A DNA stretch of 64,000 nucleotides, taken from assembly GCF_006345805.1 (NCBI RefSeq), contig NC_043000.1, positions 134,726,001 through 134,790,000 on the forward strand, read 5' to 3'. The translations under genes and the position numbers were made by a program. This stretch comes from Octopus sinensis. Lineage: Eukaryota. The notes under the pieces were generated by a model. That model ran no database searches and was not told the origin of the DNA. It saw only the letters and a list, made by a program, of their open reading frames with translations. Below, piece by piece: positions 36,588 through 49,064 of this stretch (its first letter is position 1; each line of letters begins with the position of its first letter).

Positions 36588-36686
36588 ATATATTATATAT
36601 ATATATATATATATAATATATATATATATATATTATATATATATGTATGTATGTATATATATATATATATATATATACATATATAC

Positions 36687-37490
36687 AGGGTATTTCAAAA
36701 AATTTGATATCATTTCACATTCTAATAAATTCACCACCTCTTGTTTAAATGACTTCAAATTTTAACATGTTCAAAATTTTATGTTTAATATTTGATATGT
36801 TTATCTTTTCAGGTATAGAAATAGCATTTGCTGGACAAGAAAAGGCATTTTGTGTGTTGGATTATGCTTGAAGACAGTCAAACAAGACTGTGCAGCATTC
36901 ATGAGAGAGTTCTCTAAAAAGTCACCAATAGCAATGCAGATTTGGACATGGCACAAAAAATTCATAGAGGAAGGCTGTCTGTACAGGGCAAAAGGATCTG
37001 GACAACCACTAACATCAGCAGAGATGGTTGAGTGGGTTCGCCAAAAGCTCATGTGAAACCCCAAGAAGTCCATAAGAAGAACAAGTCTGGAAACCCAGAT
37101 TCCTCCAACGACAGTTTGGCATATCCTGAGGAAATGCTTCCTAATGAAACCCTACAAGCTGCAGCTCGTTCAGGCAATAATGGCAGATGACAAGCGAAAG
37201 TGCAAACATGGGGATAGGTAAAGGAACTGGTCTATGTCTCCCCTCTTCCTGCAAACCTAGAGGAACTCAAGCAGAAAATCACTACTGCACTGGAGACTGT
37301 TACCCAAGACAGGCTGCAGCATGTTTGGGAGGAGCTCGTCTACTGACATGTCATGTGCCATGTCTCAGGTGATGCGCATTTTAAACATTTGTGAAATCAT
37401 TCATGGAATCCACATACCTTTGAATTTCTCATTAAAATTTGGAGGAATAAATCTTATGTTGCTCAACATTAAGCCTGTTTAGTTTCCTTT
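36687..37490 (+). mobile_element. Internally deleted Tc1/mariner-superfamily element (rosa/DD41D-like)
   Basis: TACAGGGTATTTC start; KAFCVLDYA, QIWTWHKKFIEEGCL, KPYKLQLVQA, ELKQKITTALETVTQDRLQHVWEEL. Confidence 0.7.
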
Positions 37491-37508
37491 GCTTTGACTA
37501 TATATATA

Positions 37509-37542
<34 letters not shown>

Positions 37543-37757
37543 TTTATAGAAGGAAGCTAGTAGACAAGAGTTGTTTTGGCATTTATACATTTAGGCAAGT
37601 TTAAATGGGTGGTGGTGGGGGACTTTTTTTGGGGGTAGGCATGGCGCAAAACTGTCATTATAAGGGGAGTGGTCAAAGGAATCGTTGGTAAAGTAGATAA
37701 TAGAATAAATAAAAGAATAAAAAAATAAAATAAATGCCAAAACAACTCTTGTCTACT

Positions 37758-37808
37758 AGCTTCCTGATGATTTCTTTTGAATGAAACAGTTCTAGTCCTG
37801 TAGAAGCT
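37758..37808 (+). ncRNA. Type I hammerhead ribozyme motif, partly decayed
   Basis: AGCTTC-CTGATGA-TTTC(TTTT)GAAT-GAAAC-AGTTCTAGTCCT-GTA-GAAGCT; perfect 6-bp stem I; T-T mismatch at the first stem II pair. Confidence 0.65.
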
Positions 37809-38060
37809 CCTTCTATAAAATAAATTAATTTACTCTGCTATGTATTGAGTACCTTATTGACTGTGGTTAACCCCGACTCAACCCGGGACCTATATATATA
37901 TATATATATATATCCGTAAATATAAGGGAGTTAACGTTAAATTTACGGATAAATATGTATCGTCTCCCTGGTTCTCTATGTGCTAGGTCGCTTGGTGTTA
38001 AACAAATGGTATTATTAAATTAATATCTAATTTTTCACCCTCATCTATGTATATATATAT

Positions 38061-38111
<51 letters not shown>

Positions 38112-38149
38112 TTATATCTATGTATGTATCTATCTATCTCGTATCAGGA

Positions 38150-38340
38150 AATTACCCGCCCCATGGGACAATTCCCCCTGACGACAACTATCCCCTAGGA
38201 CAATTAACCCCCTTGGTTAATTACCCCCTCTCCAATATACTAAGAAGTTTTAAATGATCAACTGTTGTCCTCAGTGGTAATTGTTCTTGGTGGGTTATTG
38301 TCCATGGGTGGGTGGGGGTGGGAGTAAATGTCCTAGACTC
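38150..38340. mobile_element. Helentron-associated-like repeat
   Basis: Reiterated GGACAATT(C/A)CCCC motifs with inverse TAATTGTT/TTATTGTCC; followed by (CTAT)n. Confidence 0.4.

Positions 38341-38425
<85 letters not shown>
38341..38425. repeat. (ATCT)n tetranucleotide microsatellite
   Basis: About 21 units by direct reading. Confidence 0.95.
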
Positions 38426-38426
<1 letters not shown>

Positions 38427-38897
38427 ATACACACACACATATACATACATATATGTATGTATGCAGACAATTATGTGGATAAACAAATTAGACACATTAA
38501 ATATATTAACTACATTAAATATAAAAGTTTTATAAAACTTTTATTATTTTTATTTTTTAATTTATTTTATCTAGTATCAGCTCACGAGCTTTGGCCATGC
38601 TGGGACACCGCCATATATTTAATATACTTAATATACTTTAATGTGTCTAATTTGTTTATCCGCATAATTGCCTCTATACTCACTTGATCTGATCCCTCTT
38701 ATAGCCTTTCTTTACCTTGTGAAATTGATCCTCTGTAAAGACATTGGCGTCTCAGTTTGAATCTTTTGAGCACTACTAAGTGTCTTTTATATGGAGAATC
38801 TCATCTGTGAACTATATATGCATGCATGCATACATACACACACACACACACACACACACACGTATATATAATTGCCGCTAAACATTATGCTTGGCTT

Positions 38898-39303
38898 GCT
38901 AACGCTGCTTATTTCTTTATTGCCCACAAGGGGCTAAACAAGGGGACAAACAAGGACAGACAAAGGGATTAAGCCAATTAGATCAACCCCAGTGCATAAC
39001 TGGGACTTAATTTATCGACCCCGAAAGGATGAAAGGCTAAGTCAACCTCGGCGGAATTTGAACTTAGAACGTAGCACCAGTCGAAATACCTATTTCTTTA
39101 CTACCCACAAGGGGCTAAACACAGAGGGGACAAACAAGGACAGACAAACAGATTAAGTCGATTATATCTACTCCAGTGTGTAACTGGTACTTAATTGATC
39201 GACCCCGAAAGGATGAAAGGCAAAGTCGAACTCAGAACGTAGCGGCAGACGAATTACCGCTAAGCATTTCGCCCGGCATGCTAACGTTTCTGCCAGCTCG
39301 CTG
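38898..39303 (-). mobile_element. Tandem dimer of SINE family 2 (Meta-domain-like)
   Basis: Two consecutive copies of the TTGCCTTTCATCCTTTCGGGGTCGAT core. Confidence 0.8.
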
Positions 39304-39786
39304 GCTTTATTGTAGAATATACTGAAATGTATAATTGAGGAAGTGTAAATGCTTCTTTATTTTGTTTATTTATTTACGGATTTCTTCTTTTTGCCATGAT
39401 TTTACTGATTAATCTTATAAAGTATGTTCATTTTCGACTAAAAGGACTGGAAAAAAAATATTACAACATAGCGAACGAATCGAAGTTTGAATGTAAAGCT
39501 GAGATTTCAAGTAACAGGGTAACAGGCTGAGACAATTCAAGGGAGGCTACTGTGTCAATCGCGTTAAAATAATTTATTGCTGCCGTTGTTTAGCCTCAGA
39601 CCAAATTGATGCTCAAATACATTTCTTCCTGTTTCCCCATAGATTATATTGTCCAATGTAATTCTGTATTTTTAAAGCTTATATCGTGATATGAAAGCAA
39701 TTTGGCTGTCATTTCTAGCAAGCAAATGACCACATAGGGGCTTCCTTGTTGGCTTCACTTATTATTGTAATAGTTTTAAATATAAT

Positions 39787-42193
39787 CATCATCATCATCA
39801 TCATCATCATTTAGCGTCCGTTTTCCATGCTAGCATGGGTTGGACGGTTCAACTGGGGTCTGGGGAGCCCGAAGGCTGCACCAGGCCAGTCAGATCTGGC
39901 AGTGTTTCTACAGCTGGATGCCCTTCCTAACGCCAACCACTCCGAGAGTGTAGTGGGTGATTTTATGTGCCACCGACACAGGTGCCAGACGAGGCTGGCG
40001 AACGGCCACGCTCGATGGTGTTTTTATGTGCCACCGACACAGGTGCCAGACGAGGCTGGCAGACGGCCACGCTCGGATGGTGTTTTTATGTGCCACCGAC
40101 ACAGGTGCCAGATGAGGCTGGCGGACGGCCACGATCGGATGGTGTTTGTTACGTCCCCAAAGCACGGAGGCCAGTCTATGCGGTACTGGCTACGGCCACG
40201 TTCGGATGATTTTCTTGTGTGCCACGGCACTGGTACCACAAAGATACAAATTCCATTTATGTCATCTATTTTGATTTGTTTTGATTTGATTTGATTTGAT
40301 TTGATTTGATTTTCACTTGCCTCAACAGGTCTTCACAAGTGTCACAAGAAGGAAGGTATGCATAGGTGGACTGTCTACGTCGCCGGGTCTTCGGATGGTG
40401 TCTTTATGTGCCACCGACACAGGTGCCAGATGTGGCTGGCGAACGGCCACGATCGGATGGTTTTCTTGTGTGCCACCGGTACTGGAACCACAAAGATACA
40501 AATTCCATTGATGTTCATCTATTTTGATTTGGTTTGATTTCACTTGCCTCAACAGGTCTTCACAAGTGTCACGCGTGTCACACACTTGCCTCAACAGGTC
40601 TCCACAAGTGTCACACACTTGCCTCTGCCTCAACAGGTCTTCACAAGTGTCACACACTTGCCTCTGCCTCAACAGGTCTTCACAAGTGTCATAAGAGGGA
40701 AGGTAAGCACAGGTGGACTGACTACGTCGCCGGGTCTTTGGATGGTGGTGGTGTTTTTATGTGCCACCGCACAGGTGCCAGGTGAGGCTGGCGAACGGCC
40801 ACGATCAGATGGTGTTTGTTGTGCCCACAGCACGGAGGCCAGTCGACGGCCACGTTCGGATGGTTTTCTTGTGTGCCACCGGTACTGGAACCACAAAGAT
40901 ACAAATTCCATTGATATTCATCTATTTTGATTTGGTTTGATTTTCACTTGCCTCAACAGGTCTTCACAAGGGTCACACACTTGCCTCAACAGGTCTCCAC
41001 AAGTGTCACAACACTTGCCTCTGCCTCAACAGGTCTACACAAGTGTCACAACACTTGCCTCAACAGGTCTTCACAAGTGTCATAAGAGGGAAGGTATGCA
41101 CAGGTGGACTGACTACGTCGCCGGGTCTTCGGATGGTGTCTTTATGTGCCACCGGCACAGGTGCCAGATGAGGCTGGCGAACGGCCACGATCGGATGGTG
41201 TGTGTTGTGCCCACAGCACGGAGGCCAGTCGATGCGGTACTGGTTACGGCCACGTTTGGGTGGTTTTCTTGTGTGCCACGGCACTGGTACCACGAAGAAT
41301 ACAATTCCACTGATGTTCATCTATTTTGATTTGTTTTGATTTGATTTGATTTTCACTTGCCTCAACAGGTCTTCATAAGTGTCACAAGAAGGAAGGTATG
41401 CACAGGACTGACTACGTCCCCGGTCGGGGCCACGGGTTATGGCCTGACTAGTCTTGCCGGGTCTTCTCATGCACAGCATACTTCCATAGGTCTCGGTCTC
41501 TAGACATTTCCTTAGTGAGACCTAAAGTTCGAAGGTCGTGCTTCACCACCTCGTCCCAGGTTTTCCTGGGTCTACCTCTTCCACAGGTTCCCTCCACTGC
41601 TAGGGTGTAGCACTTTTGCACACAACTATCTTCAGCCTTTCTTGTCACATGACCATACCAGCGCAGCCGTCTCTCTTGCACGCCACAACTGACGCTTCTT
41701 AGGTTCAACTTTTCTCTCAAGGAACTTACACTCTGACGATTATGAACACTGACATTACACATCCATCGGAGCATACTGGCTTCATTTCTTGCGAGCTTAC
41801 GCATATCCTCAGCAGTCACGGCCCATGTTTCACTACCATGTAGCATGGCTGTACGTACACATGCATCATACAGTCTGCCTTTTACTCTGAGCGAGAGGCC
41901 TTTTGTCACCAGCAGGGGTAAGAGCTCTCTAAACTTTGCCCAGGCTATTCTTACTCTAGCAGTTACACTTTCAGCACACCCACCCCCGCTACTGACTTGG
42001 TCTCCTAGGTAGCGGAAGCTATCAACTACTTCTAGTTTGTCTCCCTGGAACGTGGCAGAAGTTGGTCTCTGCATATTTCCAGTGTTTATTGCTCCTGAGC
42101 ATTTGCCACAGACAAAAACTATTTTCCTAGTTAGCCTTCCTTTGACATTGCTGCACCTCTTATGTGTCCATAGCTTACACTTGGTGCATCTTA
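39787..42193 (-). mobile_element. Young 5'-truncated RTE LINE with a ~1.65-kb reiterated 3' UTR
   Basis: Uninterrupted ORF2 C-terminus from about 42190 to the stop at 41448; modular repeats 39960-41450; (GAT)n tail. Confidence 0.92.
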
Positions 42194-43090
42194 ATAATAA
42201 TTGTGTACAGTGCTCAGGTGCACTACAACTCATCTAAAGTGTATATATAATCAGGTGTAGTTTAGACGGATTTCGGGAAGCATGAGGGCCTTAAAGGATG
42301 CAGTGTCATGGCAGTCAACAACCGATGCAGGCAGTTTATTCCACGCTTCAGCAACCCTGAGCGTGAAAAAATGTTTCCGAAAGTCATGGGAGCTGTGCTG
42401 TTTTCTGACTTTGTAGGCATGTCCACGTGTGTTAGACACATGGAGATCAAAAAGGTGTTCAGTGTTGTTGTTGGTGAGGTGGTTGATAACCTTGTGGGTG
42501 TTTACCAAGTCCGTCGCTAGACGCCGGAGCTTCAGTGAATCCATGCCCAGGGAACAAGGCGCTCAGAATATGGTAGGTGTCTGATGGAGGGTATGCGTTT
42601 GGTTGCACGTCTCTGGACAGATTCCAGGAGGTCAATGTTCTGAGCAAGATAGGGATTCCAAACTGATGATGCGAATTCCAAGTGTGGTCGTACCATAGCT
42701 GTATACAGTTTTAAATAGATGGCTGGAGAGCGGCTAACAAAAGTCTTGCTGAGTGATGCCAAGACACCCTCGGCCTTCTTGACAATTTTAGAGATATGCT
42801 TTGTCCAACGCAAATCACTGCTGACAGTGATGCCTAGGTCACGCTCGCAAGAGGATTTCTTGATATCAGTGTTGTGGAGGGAGTATGTGGACGCAGGGTT
42901 TTTTCTCCCAAAATGCATGGTGGTACACTTGTCCACAGCCAGTTTCAGTTGCCAGTCTGTGATCCATTGCTGCATTATGTCTAGGTCTGATTGCAGGAAA
43001 GAGTTGTAGACATCAGGATCAGTCCTCTTGATTTCAAGGTACAGCTTGATGTCGTCTGCATATTTCAATACTGTGGCATTCTTTAAATTG
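42194..43090 (-). mobile_element. 5'-truncated CR1-clade LINE with a single frameshift
   Basis: TVLKYADDIKLY, RDLGITVSSDL, VRPHLEFASSVWNP; frameshift near 42550 relative to the 44900 copy; complete 3' end. Confidence 0.92.
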
Positions 43091-43161
43091 GCGAATAATA
43101 ATAGGCACGCTGTGAACCTGGATGTTATAAGAAGTGGCTAAAAGGGGTTAGCGGTAAGAAG

Positions 43162-43385
43162 GGCGAGCTGGCAGAAACGTTAGCATGCCGGGCGAAATGC
43201 TTAGCAGTATTTCATCTGCTGTTGCGTTCTGAGTTCAAATTCCGCCGAGCTTGACTTTGCCTTTTATCCTTTTGGGGTCGATAAATTAAGGACCAATTAC
43301 ACACTGGGGTCGATGTAATCGACTTAGTCCGTTTGTTTGTCCTCTCTGTGTTTAGCCCCTTGTTGGTAGCAAACAAATAGGTAAG
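43162..43385 (+). mobile_element. SINE family 2
   Basis: GGCGAGCTGGCAGAAACGTTAG...GAGTTCAAATTCC head plus core. Confidence 0.85.
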
Positions 43386-44162
43386 TAGGGTATCTGGTCG
43401 TGAAACCTTCCATCAGAAAAACCATCTAATTCATGCCAAAAGCAAAAGAAAAAAAGGGGCTTAGAACACTGGTGAAAAGCTGATGTTTTGCTCCAGATCA
43501 GCTGTGAATGAAGCATTCTTCCTGATCAGGTTATATTATCCACTGTAGCCTTCGTTTTTTAAAATGGCAGTGTGTGATTCAAGAGACATCTACTTGTTAT
43601 TTCTAAGAGGTCTATCATTCACATAGAAACTCCCTTGTTTACTCATGTTGATTACTGCTGTTCATTACATGCAAGTGCCACACAAAAAGCACCCCCTGCT
43701 GGTGCTATGAAATAGCATTGGTGCCACATAATAATGTTAGTGGTGGTGCTACGTAGCAAGCACCCAGTGCACTCTGTATAGTGGTTGGCATCATGAAGGG
43801 CACCCAGTCACAGAAACCATACCAAAACAAACAATCAGAACCTGATGCAATTCTTCAGCTGGCCAGCTCCTGTTAAACCATCCACCCCATGTCAGCATGG
43901 AAAGTGGATGTTAAATGATGATGATTGTTGTTGTTGGCTGAAAATATAACTAAAATAATCACTAGATAAAGTAGCTTACATTCTTGGCTTATTACTAACT
44001 ATTCTGATATGGTTACCTCACTTTACTGAAAATTATCCCCCCCCACAACCAAAAAAAAAAAAACTCATGGACATGAGTTAAAATAAGAACAGTAATAAAT
44101 GAGTGAAGAATGAATACATAGTGCATGTGTTTATTTGGCAAAAAAAAAAAAATTACCATCAT

Positions 44163-44575
44163 AGGCATAGGAGTGGCTGTGTGGTAAGTAGCTTGCTTAC
44201 CAACCACATGGTTCTGGGTTCAGTCCCACTGCGTGGCACCTTGGGCAAGTGTCTTCTACTATAGCCATAGGCTACCAAAGCCTTGTGACTGGATTTGGTA
44301 GATGGAAACTGAAAGAAGCCCGTCGTATATATGTATATGTATATATGTGTGTGTGTATATGTATGTGTGTCTGTGTTTGTCCCCCCCCAACATCGCTTGA
44401 CAACCGATGCTGGTGTGTTTATGTCCTGTAACTTAACAGTTCGGTGAAAAAGACCGATAGAATAAGTACTAGGCTTACAAAGAATAAGTCCTGGGGTCGA
44501 TTTGCTCGACTGAAAGGCAGTGCTCCAGCATGGCCACAGTCAAATGACTGAAACAAGTAAAAGAGTAAAGAGAGA
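44163..44575 (+). mobile_element. Full-length tRNA-derived SINE family 1
   Basis: AGGCATAGGAGTGGCTGTGTGGTAAG...GGGTTCAGTCCC head, internal TA/TG tract, GTAAAAGAG tail. Confidence 0.88.
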
Positions 44576-44899
44576 GAGTATCATGAGATACAACAATATC
44601 GGTTTCAACACATAGTTTCACATCAGGAATCTTGCAACATGTATCAAAGGTATCAAAAAAAAGAGATCCCAGAAATAGTTTGCTGATTCTTATGCATCAT
44701 TGAGAAAAAAGTTATGAGGAAACAAAGTCCAAGGGATGAGAAGCACTAAACTAATTATACCTCACTCCCTTACAAAACATAAATAGATAAATAAACAAAT
44801 AAACGATAGTCATACTGGAATTCTTTTGAAAGATGGACTTCAGAAGAATATCATATTCTAGTTTTTGATATATTCAATGTTTGAAATGTAATTCAGGAT

Positions 44900-45450
44900 A
44901 TTAATCATCTGGAAGCCGTTCTGCGACGTGCAACCAAGAGAATACCCTCCATCAGGCATTTGCCATATTCTGAACGCCTTACTTCCCTGGGCATGGATAC
45001 ATTGAAACTCCGACGTCTGGCAGCTGACTTGGCAGACACCATTAAAATTATTAACCATCTTACAAGCAATAACCTGAGCACCTTTTAAAACTCCACCTGT
45101 CTAACACCCGTGGACATGTTTACAAAGTCAGAAAACAGCACAGCTCCCATGACTTTCAGAAACATTTTTTCACGCTAAGAGTTGCTGAAGTATGGAACAA
45201 ACTACCGGCATCAGTTGTTAGTTGTCAGAGCACTGCATCTTTCAAAACTTCCATGCTTCCTGAGATTTGCCAACACTACACCTGATTTTCTCTCCTCCAT
45301 ACACATGCAAGCATGTATCTGACTCATACACTGTTCACTTTCCAGACATTTGTACATTACTGCATATGCTTTATACGCACTTTTGATAAGTTGTGGTGCA
45401 CCTGAGAACTGTATACAATAATTTCATTATTATTATTACTATTATTAATT
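44900..45450 (+). mobile_element. CR1 LINE 3' fragment
   Basis: RRATKRIPSIRHLPYSERL; same 3' end as 42194. Confidence 0.85.
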
Positions 45451-46202
45451 TTTTTTTTGTAAAATGACGAATTTAAAAAAAGTCATTATATTTTCATCTC
45501 AACATAATGACAATTATGCCTAGTAGAATATGTAGAATATGCCGTGCACTCTAAATAGTTGAAGACTTCCCTGTTGGTTCCTGGCTGAGTAATTAAATCC
45601 AAATCTGGCTTGAACCTCATTATCTCGAGGAATATGATAAAACTCTTAATCTTTTTATTGAAAACAATGGCCAGAATTATGTTTGATTTTCTCAAAGCAA
45701 GTCTTATTAAAATTATTTGATTATTTGTTTCGATATTTTACATGCGCCTTTTTGAATGTAAAACACCATTAATTGAGAAAGTCTGCAAGTAACCATTCCT
45801 TATTTATTTCTTACAAAAGTGATCTCCAACTGTTAATCATAGAGGAGATTATGCCCAGCATTTATCTTCTCTCCTGGTGTTTTGTATTATTTTCCAGACT
45901 TTACAACTGTAGAATTATGAGCAGATTAATCGTTAAGCTAAATATTACATGCTTAAGACACAGAATTATTTTCTTCCTGAGCCAGATTTACTATAATACG
46001 TACACGTAGGAAATTATAGTCTTTCAAAAAATGAATGGAAATGAGTTGAACAGGAATGTCTGTGTGGTAAGAAGTTTGCATCCCAACCACATGGTTCCAG
46101 GTTCAATCCCACTGCATGACACCTTGGGCAAAGGCCTTCTAATATAGCCTTGGGCTGACCAAAGACTTGTGAGTGGATTTAGTAGATGGAAACTGAAAGA
46201 AG

Positions 46203-46990
46203 TCCATTCGTGCCGGTAACACGTAAAAGCACCGTCCGTTCGTGGCCGTTTGCCAGCTCTGCCTGGCCCCCGTGTCGGTGGCACGAAAAAGCACCATCCG
46301 TTCGCGTATGTTGCCAGCCTTGGCTGGCCCCCGTGCCAGTGACACGTAAAAGCACCGTCCGTTCGTGGCCGTTTGCCAGCTCTGTCTGGCCCCGTGTCGG
46401 TGGCACGTAAAAGCACCATCCGTTCGTGGCTGCTGCCAGCATCGCCTGGCCCCGTGCCGGTGACACGTAAAAGCACCATCCGTTCCTGGCCGTTCGCCAG
46501 CTCTGTCTGGCACCTGTGCAGGTGGCACGTAAAAAACACCCACTACACTCGCGGAGTGGTTGGCATTAGGAAGGGCATCCAGCCGTAGAAACACTGCCAG
46601 ATCTGACTGGGCCTGATGAAGCCTTCCAGCTTCACAGACCCCAGTTGACCCATCCAACCCATGCTAGCATGGAAAGCAGACGCTAAATGATGATGATATA
46701 TATATCATCATCATCATCATCATCGTTTAACATCCGCTTTCCATACTAGCATGGGTTGGACAATTTGACAGATGGCTGTGCCAGGCTCCAATCTGATCTG
46801 GCAGAGTTTCTACAGCTGGATGCCCTTCCTAATTCCAACCACTCCGAGAGTGTAGTGGGTGCTTTAACGTGCCACTGGTATGAGGGCAAGTCTGGCGGTA
46901 CTAGCAACAGCCATGCTCGAAAATGGTGTTTTTTATGTGCCACCTGCACAGGAGTCAGTCCAGTGGCACTGGCAACGACCTAGCGCGAAT
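46203..46990. mobile_element. Two RTE 3' ends joined tail-to-tail; the plus copy has a ~61-bp tandem array
   Basis: GATGATGAT-ATATATA-TCATCATC junction around 46686-46725; about 5 units at 46210-46530. Confidence 0.82.
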
Positions 46991-47597
46991 GTTTTTTTTT
47001 CATATATATAATAATATATATTATATATGCATATATATATATGTATACATGTATATATGGGTATAGGATGTCAACAACGGTGCAAACAGGACAACTATAC
47101 ACAGAAACGACCCTTCATCAGTTGTTGGCTGTCTATCTACCCCTTATTTTGAGCATTGAAGGATAATATGAGTCTTCAAAGACAGTTGCCCCCATAAATT
47201 CTAAAATAAAATTTAGGATTTATGGAGGCTCAATATATATATAACCACCACCACCACCACCACTTGACAACCGGTGTTAGTGTGTTTATGTCCCAGTAAC
47301 TTAGTGGTTTGGCAAAATATGCCAATAGAATAAGTATCAGGCTTAAGAAAAATAACAAAGTTGATTCAGTCGACTACAGTTCTTCAAGGCAGTGCTCCAA
47401 CATGGTCGCAGTGTAATGACTGAAACAGAAAAACATAAAAGATTTTCTGTTTCTTGTTGCCTTTGTTTTGAGAACATTAACTTATATTTTTGTATATTAT
47501 AGCAATTTGACTCGTTTTTTGCCAATTATAGCAACTGACGTACTGACGTTTTTTAAAAATATTTTTAATATCGTATTCATAAATCATATATAGAAAA

Positions 47598-48203
47598 GGC
47601 GGCGAGCTGGCAGAAACGTTAGCACGCCGGGCGGTATTTCGTATGCCGCTACGTTCTGAGTTCAAATTCCGCCGAGGTCAACTTTGCCTTTCATCCTTTC
47701 GGGGTCGATTAAATAAGTACCAGTTACGCATTGGAGTCGATGCAATCGACTTAATCTCTTTGTCTGTCCTTGTTTGTCCTCGCTATGTTTAGCCCCTTGT
47801 AGGCAATAAAGAAATAAGAAACGCTAGCACACCGGGCGAAAAACTTAGCGGTATTTCGTCTGCCGCTACGTTCTGAGTTCAAATTCTGCCAAGGTCGACT
47901 TTGCCTTTCATCCTTTCGGGGTCGATTAAATAAGTACCAGTTACGCACTGGGGTCGATATAAATCGACTTAATCCGTTTCTCCGTCCTTGTTTGTCCTCT
48001 CTGTGTTTAGCCCCTTGTGGGTAGTAAAGAAATAGGTATTTCGTCTGTCTTTACGTTCTGAATTCAAATGCTGCCGAGGTCGACTTTGCTTTTCATCCTT
48101 TCGGGGTCGATAATTTAAGTACCAGTTGCGTACTAGGTCGATCTAATCGACTGGCCTTCTCCCCAAAAATTTCGGGCCTTGTGCCTAGAGTAGAAAAGAT
48201 TAT
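47598..48203 (+). mobile_element. Head-to-tail trimer of SINE family 2
   Basis: Three consecutive cores. Confidence 0.85.
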
Positions 48204-48654
48204 AGTGAGAATTTACAAAATAAAAAAAACAAAAGAAGAAAATAGGTGTGTAAACAACAAACAGATGTATTATTTTAACGCTCGGGAAATGAGAGTCTTT
48301 TACGCTTCAAGTCTACGATCTTCGATAGAAAGGAACACAGAAATAAACAAGGAGAGAAAATAGCAAAAGGTTTAGTGGCGAGAAAATAGATGCGCGTGCG
48401 CTTGTAGATTCAAAGGCAGGGAGATAACAACGTATGAGTAGGCTAAGTATAGGTTATTTCCCTTGCACTGCAAAACTTCTGTGTGTAAAGTAATTGCACA
48501 AAAGAAGAAATCCAAAAAGTTAAAACAAAAGAAAACTAAGCTGGCACGTAACACATGCATAAAGAGATACATTTATAACGAAATGAATTATATAGATATA
48601 ATAGTAATTTGTGGTTCAGTGACATCTTCCTAGAAATGTGATAAAATCCATATA

Positions 48655-49005
48655 ATCTCAATACTCTTTTACTTGTTTCAGACATTTGACTGCGGCCATG
48701 CTGGAGCGCCGCCTTTAATCGAGCAAATCGACCCCAGGACTTATTCTTTTGTAAGCCCAGTACTTATTCTATCGGTCTCTTTTGCCAATGCGAGGGGGGA
48801 CAAACACAGACACACACATGCATAGATATATATATACATATATACGACGGGCTTCTTTTCAGTTTCCGTCTACCAAATCCACTCACAAGGCTTTGGTCGG
48901 CCCGAGGCTATAGTAGAAGACACTTGCCCAAGGTTCCACGCAGTGGGACTGAACCCGGAACCATGTGGTTGGTAATCAAGCTACTTACCACACAGCCACT
49001 TCTGC
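48655..49005 (-). mobile_element. SINE family 1
   Basis: Reverse complement of the 44163 copy. Confidence 0.85.
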
Positions 49006-49064
49006 GCTTATTATATATAATATTCATCATTATATTATATATATAATAATAATATATTATATAT

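Noticed and set aside
39827-41329. CRISPR-like appearance and many repetitive ORFs (also 46024-46657, 53901-55839)
   Set aside because: The units are contiguous RTE 3'-UTR repeats without unique spacers; there are no cas genes and the context is eukaryotic.
47060-47225. Hammerhead candidate on minus (CTGATGAAGGGTC) in a Penelope-like fragment
   Set aside because: GAAA and the 3' strand of stem II are missing and stem I does not pair; at best a deleted relic.
48295-48333. Minimal hammerhead-like relic on minus (CTATCGA-AGATC-GTAG-ACTT-GAAGC-GTA)
   Set aside because: Both core boxes are mutated; probably a dead pLTR copy, not called functional.
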